NCBI RefSeq assembly: GCF_001447785.1
Contig: NW_015169181.1
Span: forward strand, 989,643-1,053,642
Direction: 5' to 3'
Source of the DNA: Gekko japonicus
Taxonomy: Eukaryota
DNA: 64,000 bases
This document shows, in pieces, positions 14,201 through 23,485 of the stretch (position 1 is its first letter; the number at the start of each line of letters is the position of its first letter). Position numbers and translations under genes: made by a program. The notes under the pieces are model-generated. The model was not told where the DNA came from. It made no database searches and saw only the letters and a list, made by a program, of their open reading frames with translations.

Positions 14201-14373
14201 TCGGCCACGCACTTGCGCTCGTTCATGTTGCAGGTGATGAGGATGCCGCACATGCCGGACTCCAGCTGGCGCGACCCGCCCGGCCGGGCCCGCTTGGCCG
14301 CCGGCACGTACTGCCCTTTGGGCCGCCGCTTGCGAGACGCCGCCGACGCCACCGGTCCCTCCAGGGTAGCCAT
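4937..14373 (-). CDS. THUMPD1: THUMP domain-containing protein 1 (NAT10 tRNA-acetylation adaptor); join(14373-14149,12395-12209,9507-9259,5250-4937), 324 aa
   Basis: Spliced product MATLEG...GILITCNMNERKCVAEAYSLL...RRFQSVESGANNVVFIRTLGVEPEKLVHHIL...KVDLSNPEFTIVVEIIK...FRKYNLQEVVK matches THUMPD1. All introns are GT-AG with consistent phases; CDS is 975 nt. Confidence 0.97.
6730..7745 (-). mobile_element. Possible solitary LTR-like repeat
   Basis: LTR-like composition (CCAAT boxes, minus-strand AATAAA, ...TCACA end); no TSD verified. Confidence 0.3.
8050..8596 (+). mobile_element. L2-clade LINE 3' fragment
   Basis: Homologous to 51530-52020 (...FSVVAP..WNELPEEIR...FR.ACKTELFRQAF); (TAAA)n tail. 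Confidence 0.8.
9259..9507 (-). CDS. THUMPD1: THUMPD1 coding exon 3
   Basis: EPEKLVHHILKDM...RVILRMLPVSG...REEVIKELA; 249 nt; donor G|GTATGT. Confidence 0.95.
9685..10380 (+). mobile_element. L1 LINE 3' fragment
   Basis: YKMFYRWY...CWKC...GSFYHMWW.C cysteine-rich motif; AATAAA + A tail ~10360-10380. Confidence 0.85.
10948..11284. mobile_element. GC-rich non-autonomous hAT element
   Basis: TIRs CAGAGGTCATTTCG / CGAAATGACCCCTG; perfect 8-bp TSD GTTTTTCA; sister copy 20999-21465. Confidence 0.88.
11855..12059. mobile_element. hAT MITE (~200 bp)
   Basis: TIR CAATACTCCCTCTAAGCTG / CAGCTTAGACAGAACACTG; 8-bp TSD GCTGTAAC; sister copy 35307-35496. Confidence 0.88.
12209..12395 (-). CDS. THUMPD1: THUMPD1 coding exon 2
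   Basis: FIEHDD...EEEEEEEDD...FQSVESGANNVVFIRTLGV; AG/GT boundaries; 187 nt. Confidence 0.93.
12540..13362 (+). mobile_element. CR1 LINE 3' fragment
   Basis: Degenerate RT C-terminus (DLGVQVDKLNMS.QC, LYSALVR.HL, MEQVQRRA); TCTATGATT tail. Confidence 0.88.
14149..14373 (-). CDS. THUMPD1: THUMPD1 coding exon 1
   Basis: ATG at 14373 in context GCCATGG; donor CAG|GTGAGT; 225 nt. Confidence 0.93.
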
Positions 14374-14720
14374 GGCAGCCACAGCCGCCGCCAGACAGGC
14401 CACGAACCACGCGCTGCACACGTCCAGGCCGCGGCCCGTGATGGCGTCATCCAGACGCGCCGCAAGAGCGGGCACAGAGACCGGGGGCGCAAAAGGAAAG
14501 GCCAGAGAGGACACTTCCGGTGTAAAACCGAATGGGCTTCAATGCGAACGTGTACACATGTGCCGCAGAAAATCACAGCACTCCGCGGGTTTGTTTTGCC
14601 GGAAGTTGTCTCCATTACAACAGTAGCGGCTCTTCCCCAGACCTGCGGCTTTTCAGTGTTTCCCGCCAGGTCCTAAAGCCGAGCTCTACGCCACCGTGGG
14701 GGGCGGGGGAGCTGATTGAG
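14150..14720 (-). promoter_or_regulatory. CpG-island promoter of THUMPD1
   Basis: CpG-dense; ETS/GABP sites ACTTCCGG 14513-14520 and CCGGAAGT 14599-14606. Confidence 0.75.
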
Positions 14721-16369
14721 GGCCCCACCATCTGTTTCTCAACCAGCTCCCAAAAGCAGTCTAAAACGTGCCCAACGAACCAACTAAAGCGTGTATGATT
14801 ACCCTACTCCAAAAACAAAATTAGGCTCTTGCCAGTTTTGAACACATGTGCGGATCCTCCCGAGCATTCTGATGCCATGCTGGGTGACTCCAGAATGGAA
14901 GCGCCTCGCGGGCAGGGACTTGTCTCCCCCCCCCCCCCCCGCGATTAAAGCACCCTTGACGATGCACTGGCATTTATTGCCTTCCTTCTTCACCCCTCTG
15001 ATTGTTGAGACCAGTTGATAAAATAGTGTCTTATAATTATTTCGTTTCCGACGGTAGCCGTCTGCAGCAGAAGAACTAAATGCAAGTCCAAGTAGCAATA
15101 AGACCACAAGCGCTGCTCCGCGCTCACTCCTCCCTTTTGCCCCGATGGTAGGTGTCAATTTCACACAAGCCGCTGAGGCCGTGTCTACTCAATCCTCAAA
15201 AAACAGGATTGAGTAGAGGGGCGAAAATCGCAGAAGCTGCAGGGCAAAATGCAGTTGCGCAGCAGCTTGTGTGAAATTGAAAGGAGCACATCGGGCCAAA
15301 GAGAAGAGCGAGCGCGGAGCAGCGCTTGTGGGAAAGCACCCCAACTCCAGACCAGTAAAGTTTTTTTGTTTTTTTTTTTTGGGGGGGGGTTGTCCTAAGC
15401 TTTCGAGAGTCAAAAGTCCCTTCGTCAGTATATATGGCTTGCAAAAGCTTGCAAAAGCTAATATCCCCCAAATCTTATGACCACATAGTATTACATACCA
15501 TATATGCTTTATAAGTATAATACTAGTAGCAAAGTTTTAAAACCACCGCTTGAGCCAGCCCGTTATGGAATTCCAGCTCCAAATGCAGTCGGGGTCGACG
15601 AGGGTCAGTTATAAAGCCAGAGAATCTTCCCGGGGTGTGTGCGCGCGCCTCCCCTTCCATCCTGGGTGCCGCTCCCTTCCCAGCCGGGCAGAGTGGGTGT
15701 GACTTGGCCCGGCGCGCTCGCTCTCCCGTCCTCACTCGGCAATTTGGGTCCCCTGGATTACTCGGAGCCGGAGGCAGAGCGGCCGGGGCCGGTTCCGAGA
15801 GTCCCCTCAGAGCTTGCAAGGACTTGGCAGCAACCCTTCACGTGAGTCTTTCCTTCGGGTAGGTGCTTGGTGGTTGTTGCATTCTGGATCCTGGGCATCA
15901 GACTAGGGAGGCAACAGAACTTTACACAGGAGCACAGTTTAAGAAGTCCCGTTCTCTCTCTATTGGAACACCAGGAACAGAGTTGTCACAAAAACCACAG
16001 TTAGCGATCTTTTCTTGTCTGCTAATTTTTCAGGGCTCAAAATGAGAATAATTTGCTTTCAAATGAATGTCCCAGAAGAGAGCACCATAAATCAGCATCT
16101 AAGGAGCCACCCCCAATAAAAAATGCTGCCATTCTGTATTTCAGCAGGTTGAGATTCCCCAAAGGGTGGCATGTCGGTTTTCCATTTGCAGGCTGGTACA
16201 ACAACAGAAACATAAACTGTTCTTTTTTCTTATTTTGAAGGTATGATTGAAACCCTTGGATGTTGCTTTAATTGCGTGAGAATAATTAGGGCCCTCTGTT
16301 TAAGGCTTTACAAATCAAAACCAGAATCTTGATTTGGCCTTGAAAACTAACTGGTAACCCACAGATAAA

Positions 16370-16900
16370 TCTTCGTAGGCCGGATATCGCGGGGGGGGGA
16401 GGCATGGCTGTTTGCCCTGGAGCGAACTACTGCGTGGCCGCCGGATCAAACGTGTAGCTGACGTCCCGTGGATCGGGGAGAGGGGGCGATCATATGTCAA
16501 AGAAGCGGCCTGGCGGGGGTTGTGTGTTTTTTTTAACCAAAGTGTGCGCATGCGCCGTTGGGTGCTTGTGTGCATCCCGTGGAGACTTGAAGAAAAAAAA
16601 CCTTTTTGCGATGGGACATGGGCGGGCGCCGGATGCCACGAGCTACCACCGGAAACGTGATCAGACGCCCGCCCTTGCCCCGCGGTTTCTGGAAACTAGT
16701 ACCTTGGAGGTACTAGTTTTTTACGGTGCATCTTCGGCGGGAAGCCTCGGGTTAGCCACGGGAGCTCTACGCTTCCCAGATATTGCGGTTTGATCGCGCC
16801 TGGAAAATCCGCCTATCTTCCGTCTCTCTCGCATGCCTAATGCTCCGTGTGACCGCAGCCAAATTGACCCTGCCGCCAGCTACTCACCAAAGGTAGGCCT
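16370..16900. promoter_or_regulatory. Second CpG island, candidate ACSM3 promoter / non-coding first exon
   Basis: NRF1 TGCGCATGCGC 16545-16555, CCGGAA 16649, TGACGTC ~16460, ZNF143-like CTACGCTTCCCAGA ~16767, + strand donor AAG|GTAGGC at 16893. Confidence 0.5.
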
Positions 16901-17489
16901 CAGGGTTCTGGACTAGATGAACTGTCTTCAAGGGGCCCACGAGGCCCGGCCCCCTGACGTTTCTTCCAGGGCCCCCAAACTGAGCCTTGGCTTCTCTTCC
17001 CCCTGAGCTCCACAGTAGCTACATGCCTGTCAGTGAAATGGGGGCTGCATGGGATCGCAGGGAAGTCATTGTGCGAGACAAGGCACAGGATTCCAGCTGT
17101 GCGCTCCACAGCTCTGAAGTACACTGATTTGCAGTTAGTCGATCAGCCCCATCTGAACCAGCACAGTCTCGGGCAGGGAGGAAAGAATGCTCATAGCTCC
17201 ATACAGACATATAATGGCTGGCCCCCTGAGCAAAAAATTGGCCCCCCAGCAAAAAGTTGCTAGCTACGGGGCTGCTTCAAGGGTAGCCCCATATGGAGGT
17301 AAAACCAGGACAGTCCTTAAAAATGTTGGACTGGCCTCCTTAACTGATTAAAAAGTTCAGAGTGTTTTGCAAATCACAGAACTCCTGGTACAGCCCAGTG
17401 ATATATTAACTGGTTTACCCCCTGACGGTTACTGAACAGCACGGCACCAAGGCAACAGCCAAGAGAACTTTGACTGGATTGTTTATAAA

Positions 17490-18610
17490 TGACTGTTCAT
17501 TCCTGCAACAGGGTGTCCCCAGACTTCTATGTACCTGTTAGTGGGGAGCAAGAGGCAGAGCAAAGTTGGACTCCTATCTTGCTCCAACCCTATTTAACCT
17601 CTTCTTAAATGATTTAGACCCCTTTATGAGGAGTATTGATAGCCATTGCCCTAAACTAGGCGAGAGGCATGTCCCATTACTTTTGTATGCGGACGATGCT
17701 GTCCTGCTCTCTCTCTCTCAGAAATGGGGATGAAAAGGATGCTTGCACAAACTCTTGCTTATTGCAATAAGAACAAGTTGTCCCTGAACTTTGATAAATC
17801 CAAAATGATTGTCTTCGAGAAAAGTTGGAAGCCCATAACTGGATTATACAGGGGGGGGAATTGAACAAGTTAAAAGCCTTAGATATCTGGGCATCTATTT
17901 CCATTATACTAACAGTTGGGCTACACATATCAAAGAAGCAGTCAAGTCATCAACTAACAACGCCCTTGCTATTGCCCGTTTCTTTTACACCAAAGGACAT
18001 CAATATATCCCCACTGCTTTTGAAGTATTTAACCACAAAATACCTGCCAAACTGCTTTATGGTATCCCAATTTGGGTCTTAGCGTGCAATGAAGCTGTAG
18101 AACGTGTTCAATCTAAGTTCCTGAAGAAAATCTTGGGGCTACCAGCTTGTGTACCATATGCAGTTATGTGCCTGGAGACAACCCAAAGACAGTTAATTAC
18201 GATGGCATGGACCATAACCTTTAAATTTTGGCTGCGCCTTCATTTTAGATGTGGCCCAAACAGTCTTGTGGTACACATGTTAACAGAATCCCATCTATCA
18301 ACTTGGTTGATTAATATAGAGGGGGGGGGGCTCTGTAATTGGCTTTAGTTTTGATGATTTGGTACTTTTGTCTGAGCAGAAGGCTTTTGCCTTACTCAAA
18401 CAAAGACTCCTCGATATAGAGGGGCAAGATCTGAGAAGACCTGCGCACAGACATTGCTCTCCCTTGAGTATGGGACTCTCCTTCAGCCACATTTCCTCAG
18501 GATATCTGGCAAGACTGATTCAGCCCCATCTTCGTAGGGCGTTCATGCTGGCTTGGTTCGACGTCCTTCCCTCAGCTGTTTTATCGGGAAGTTTCAAGAA
18601 AATTCCCTAT
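17490..18610 (+). mobile_element. Decayed non-LTR retrotransposon RT fragment (RTEX-like, clade uncertain)
   Basis: LAPTLFNLFLND, LLLYADDAVLLS and RYLGIYF motifs across frameshifts. Confidence 0.7.
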
Positions 18611-19099
18611 AGTTTACTTTACTTTACTTTACAATTAGATTTATATACTGCCCTTGACCCCTAAGGGGTCTCAGAGCGGTTTACTACGTAGTTTTTGTCC
18701 TAACCTAGGGCCACAATTCGAAGGGGGAGGGGCTGCCTGGAATCTCTGTTGCAAGAAACCATCAAAAACTACACTACCACAGGAAATTACGCTGGCATGG
18801 AAGCCGCCACTGTCTGCATCTGCTTATGGCCAAAATAATTCAACACTGGGGGGGTCCATTGTGTAAATTAGAGGCAGCGGGAGGGGGCTATGGTTTGGAA
18901 TCCCAATAAGGATCACATTTTTCTTGAAGAGGGTTTAAAGATACTGTGGGAAAGTGCATTTTATGATCAAGGAAATTACGTAAGGCAGGAAGCCTGATCC
19001 ATATTGTCCTCAGCATTTGTTTTCGCAGCTAAATTACACGCTTGGGGGATATCTGATCACATTCCCCAGAGTCACATCTCGCTTGGCTGTGATTTCAGC

Positions 19100-19266
19100 T
19101 GTTGTAGCCTGATCTCGTCAGATCTCAGAAGCTAAAGAGGACTGGCCGGGCTCACTATTTAGATGGGAGACCCCCAAGGAAGTCCAGGGTCCCTGTGCAG
19201 ACACATGCAATGGCAAACCACCTCTGAACATCTCTTGGCTTGAAAGTCGGCTGTGACTTTACAGGC
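19100..19266 (+). mobile_element. 5S rRNA-derived SINE
   Basis: 5S-like head GCCTGATCTCGTCAGATCTCAGAAGCTAA...GATGGGAGACC followed by GCAATGGCAAACCACCTCTG body. Confidence 0.75.
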
Positions 19267-19399
19267 CCCCCCAAAATTAAAAAAAACCCCAAACCTCTAG
19301 ATTATGTGTAACCAGGGCTTTTTTTTTGTAGAAAAAGCCCAGCAGGAACTCATTAGCATAATAGGCCACACCCAACAGCAGAAACTCATTAGCATATTA

Positions 19400-19668
19400 G
19401 AAGAAGAGAAGAGATTGGATTTATACCCCACCCTTCACTACCCATAGGAGTCTCAGAGTGGCTTACAGACTCCTTTCCCTTCCCCTCCCCACAACAGACA
19501 CCCTGTGAGGTAGGTGGGGCTGAGAGAGCTCTTGAGAGAAACTGCTTTTTCAAGAACAGCTCTTATCAGAACTACGGCTTGCCCAAGGTCATCCAGCCAG
19601 GTGCAAGTAGAGGAGTGGGGAATCAAACCCAGTTCTACCAGATTAGAGTCCGCATACTTAACTGCCAC
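19400..19668 (-). mobile_element. tRNA-derived Squam3-like SINE nested in hAT-like repeat cluster (19313-20095)
   Basis: GGATTTATACCCC...CCCTGTGAGGTAGGTGGGGCTGAGAG...GGAATCAAACCC; sister copy 36555-36830. Confidence 0.75.
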
Positions 19669-20198
19669 ACCCCTGACACCACAGCTCATTAGCATATTGG
19701 GCCATACCCCCATGTTACCACACCCACCTTTTGCTTCTTATTCTGTTTACTTTGTTGTCAAAACCCTGGGCTTTTTTTGTAGCAGGAACTTCTTTTGCAT
19801 GTTAAGCCTAGGGTTGCCAAATGGGGCCGGGGGGGCGGGGAATCCCCCGCTTCAGAGGCCCGATTTCCACCATGGCGGAAACCCCGCCCCCGAAGCCGTG
19901 TCATATGGTTTCCCCCCCCCGACGAGCTCGGCCACGCCCCCAACATCAGCAACGTCACTTCTAATGAGTTTCTCTTAATGAGTTTCTGCTGTTAGGTGTG
20001 GCCTATTATGCTAATTAATTCCTTCTGGGTGTGGCCAACTCAGGAGCCAGCCGGACCTCCATTCCTGTGCGTTCCTGCCCAAAAATAGCCCTGGCTTCTA
20101 CCATAGAGTTTTTGCCCCCAAACCAGAGCAAGTGTAGCCCCATCCATTCCAGTGGCATCCCTAGTTATCCCTTTTACTTTCTCCTATATGCTAATGTT

Positions 20199-20471
20199 GC
20201 GGTGGCTCCAGTGGTTAAGACGCTGAACTGCAGGCTGTGGAAGGTCGGTAGTTCAGCAGTTCGAGACCCGAGTGTGCCGCATGACGGAGTGAGCTCCCGT
20301 CTCTCGTTCCAGCTCCTGCCAACCTAGCAGTTCGAAAGCAAGAAATTGCAAGTAGATAAATAGGGACCACTTCGGTGGGAAGGTAACAGCGTGCGCCTTG
20401 GTGTTTAGTCATGCCGGCCACATGACCACGGAAACGTCTTCGGACAGCGCTGGCTCTTCGGCTTTGAAACG
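20199..20471 (+). mobile_element. Sauria SINE (cut by gap)
   Basis: tRNA-like head GGTGGCTCCAGTGGTTAAG...GTTCGAGACC; body matches the other three copies. Confidence 0.85.
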
Positions 20472-20998
20472 NNNNNNNNNNNNNNNNNNNNNNNNNNNNN
20501 NNNNNNNNNNNNNNNNNNNNNNNNNNNNNNNNNNNNNNNNNNNNNNNNNNNNNNNNNNNNNNNNNNNNNNNNNNNNNNNNNNNNNNNNNNNNNNNNNNNN
20601 NNNNNNNNNNNNNNNNNNNNNNNNNNNNNNNNNNNNNNNNNNNNNNNNNNNNNNNNNNNNNNNNNNNNNNNNNNNNNNNNNNNNNNNNNNNNNNNNNNNN
20701 NNNNNNNNNNNNNNNNNNNNNNNNNNNNNNNNNNNNNNNNNNNNNNNNNNNNAACCGACTGAACCTGCCCACTCTCCCTGCAGATATTAGGACCTTAGTG
20801 GGTTACATATGCATTATCAAACTAGGGCTGACATCCAATCCAATACTAAACAGGTAATACCTTTCATTCAGACCAGCCACCACTACACGAGATACTGTGC
20901 AAGCTTTATAGTTCCCCAGAATTCTTCATCAAGGACCGGTGGGAAAAAGATGTTACATGCCTTGACCCTGAGCTTGAAGTCTCCTGTTTGCCTCCAGT

Positions 20999-21465
20999 CA
21001 GAGGTCATTTCGGGGGAGATCGCGGGGGATCGCAGTTCCCCCAGGTGAGGTACGGGGGGCGGGGCACATGACGAAGCCCCGGCCCCTGCTTCCGTCCGTC
21101 CCGCTTCCAACCCTCATTCAGCCAGGAGGAGGCAGGAGAAGAGGGAGGGTAAGTTGCTTCCTCCCTGCCTCTCCCCACCCCTGCCTGCCTGGGGCCAGGG
21201 AGGGCCTTCGCGGGGCTTCCTTGCACTCCCGCCGGCCTTGCAGGTCCACCGCCGGGCCCCTCATGGGGCTTAGCAGTGGAGCTGCAAGGCCGGCGGCGGC
21301 GGCCGGGACCGTTGGGGGTGGGGTGTGTGGCCTTATGACACACTTCTGGTGATGTCAGGGTGTGTGGCCTTATGACACACTTCCGGTGATGTCAGGGGGT
21401 GTGGCATATGCTAATGAGTTATGCTAATGAGTTCCCCTAGCTCTTTTTCTACGAAACGACCCCTG
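20999..21465. mobile_element. GC-rich non-autonomous hAT element
   Basis: Same TIRs as 10948-11284; perfect 8-bp TSD CCTCCAGT; internal ~37-bp tandem duplication. Confidence 0.88.
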
Positions 21466-22406
21466 CCTCCAGTGTAGAATGCTCAGCTGGTTCCAATAGG
21501 TAAAGTGGTGCTGGCTGAAGCTTGGTATCGGGTTGCACCAGAGGCCTTCTCCAAGAAAGAGAAGAGAAGCCTCCAGTCGAAAGTATAAAAACCACTTGTT
21601 GATCTCTCTGACGCCAGATGGAATATCCAAGTCCCCTAAAAGGCTTAGAGCAGGGGGGAAACGTGGTAGTCCTCATATTAATAATGCCAGAGAATTAATT
21701 TTATGGCATGCCCTAGCAGAGTCAATGGAAGCCCCACCGAATAATCTTACCTAGTTTCTTACTTTTAATTCAACAGTTAAAATTAAAATGAACGTCACAG
21801 TCATTTCCGTTTGGCAGTTTCACTTCAGTCATTAGTTGAGAGGGACTCGCTGGGGGCTGTTATCTGGGTACAGCTGGGACTCAGAAGGCACTGTCAGCAA
21901 AACCATTCCAGTCCGATACGTGACTCAGCTGAAGACCTGAAGTAGTCGTGACCATCAACCTCTCTCTCATTCCTTGCAGCAGGAGTAAAAATATGCTTCA
22001 CAGATGAGTTTCAGAGGGTTACTATTGTTTTAGGGGGGTGCTTATTCTGATGCTTTAGTTTTCAACATCTTCCTGTGGAGGCCGGCAGCCACCCTGTAGT
22101 TAAGACTGACTCCATAGGAGAGAGAAGACATTTTGGGGTGCTGTCGAACCCCCACCACCACCTTTTCTAGTCTGAGCTTTTCTTGTGGTGGGGTGGGCAG
22201 CCCTGCGGAGCAAGATGGGCTTTTGTTTTGGGCTTTGGTAATTAGCCCCCTGTCTCAAACACTGCCTTTTAACAGAACCAGAATGGCTGGTTTTGTTATC
22301 GTCAGGGACAGCTGGCGTTTGCCTGATTGGCCCTCTTTCAGCCTGGTTTGTTATCTCTTGGGGGGAAAACCAAGAATGTTGCTTTGAAGGAATGTCAGGG
22401 GTCATA

Positions 22407-22752
22407 AAGGTAAAAGGTAAAGGTTCCCTTGCTCGAAAGCCAGTCGAATCCGATTCTAGGGTTGCGGTGCTCATCTCCGTTTCAAAGCCGAAGAGCCAGC
22501 GCTGTCCGAAGACGTTTCCGTGATCATGTGGCCGGCATGACTAAACCAAGGCGCACGGAACGCTGTTCCCTTCCCACCAAAGTGGTACCTATTTATCTAC
22601 TTGCAATTTCTTGCTTTCGAACTGCTAGGTTGGCAGGAGCTGGAACTAGAGACGGGAGCTCACTCCATCACACGGCACACTCGGGTCTTGAACTGCTGAA
22701 CTACTGACCTTCCACAGCCTGCAGTTCAGCGTCTTAACCGCTTGAGCCACCG
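22407..22752 (-). mobile_element. Sauria SINE
   Basis: (ACCTTT)n tail read as AAAGGT repeats; ~345-bp body. Confidence 0.88.
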
Positions 22753-23263
22753 CTTCAGGGGTCATACCTTCTGAATAAATACCTCAACCCGAGTGACTTC
22801 TTGGTTAAAAAAAAATCCTTTTCAAAATACCTTTGTACTTAATTTTATATAGTAGGGGAGTACGTTCTAAACGCTGTATCATTAAAGCCTCCAACAGAGG
22901 CTGAGATAGAGGGACTTTTCTGAGGCTAAGGTGAGATTTTTGAACTCAGGCCCAAGGCTGTAACTGTCCATGGGACCACCCTGACTCTGCAGCTGCGTCT
23001 TGGGTAGCCTTAAATGTTAGACAGCTGTAATAATGGGCACAGGTGGGAGTATCAGGGCAGGCCTGTGCATGGAGCAGAACAAAGTGGTAGAATCCTGAGA
23101 TGGAAGGGAGGACTTTTTTAAAAGGATGCAACAATGCCTAGTATCTGGAGGAATACCAAGCTTTTCAGCATCCTTTTAACCACGTGGCTATTTCCTTTGT
23201 GCCTTTTAGGTAGGTGATTTGTGGAAAGCATCCTGAACCGAGGACACAGTGGAAGGCCCCACT

Positions 23264-23485
23264 ATGGCCTGCGTTGTTGTGCCCATATTGTGGAAGGCCC
23301 CGGCCATTATGGGTCTGCGGGCTCTGGGCCGAGCTCCCGCTAGAGTCTTCAGCCAATGTCACCCGGCACTGGCAGCTCAGAATTTTTCAGACTATGAATC
23401 CATACGAGAGCAATACAAGCCGGAAGTGCCAGAATACTTCAACTTTGCGAAAGATGTGCTGGACAAGTGGGCCGAGATGGAAAAG
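23264..23485 (+). CDS. ACSM3: ACSM3 first coding exon (mitochondrial presequence-like N-terminus)
   Basis: ATG 23264 (ACTATGG); upstream acceptor ~23209 implies a non-coding 5' exon; donor AAG|GTATC. Confidence 0.88.

Noticed and set aside
14020-14676. Long overlapping ORFs on both strands around THUMPD1 exon 1
   Set aside because: By-product of GC-rich CpG-island sequence and the antisense of real coding sequence.
19100-19180. 5S rRNA gene
   Set aside because: Only a degenerate partial 5S head followed by a SINE body; the same applies at 32423.
20215-20790. ORFs spanning N runs (also 34407-34850 and 62884-63594)
   Set aside because: Artefacts of assembly gaps.
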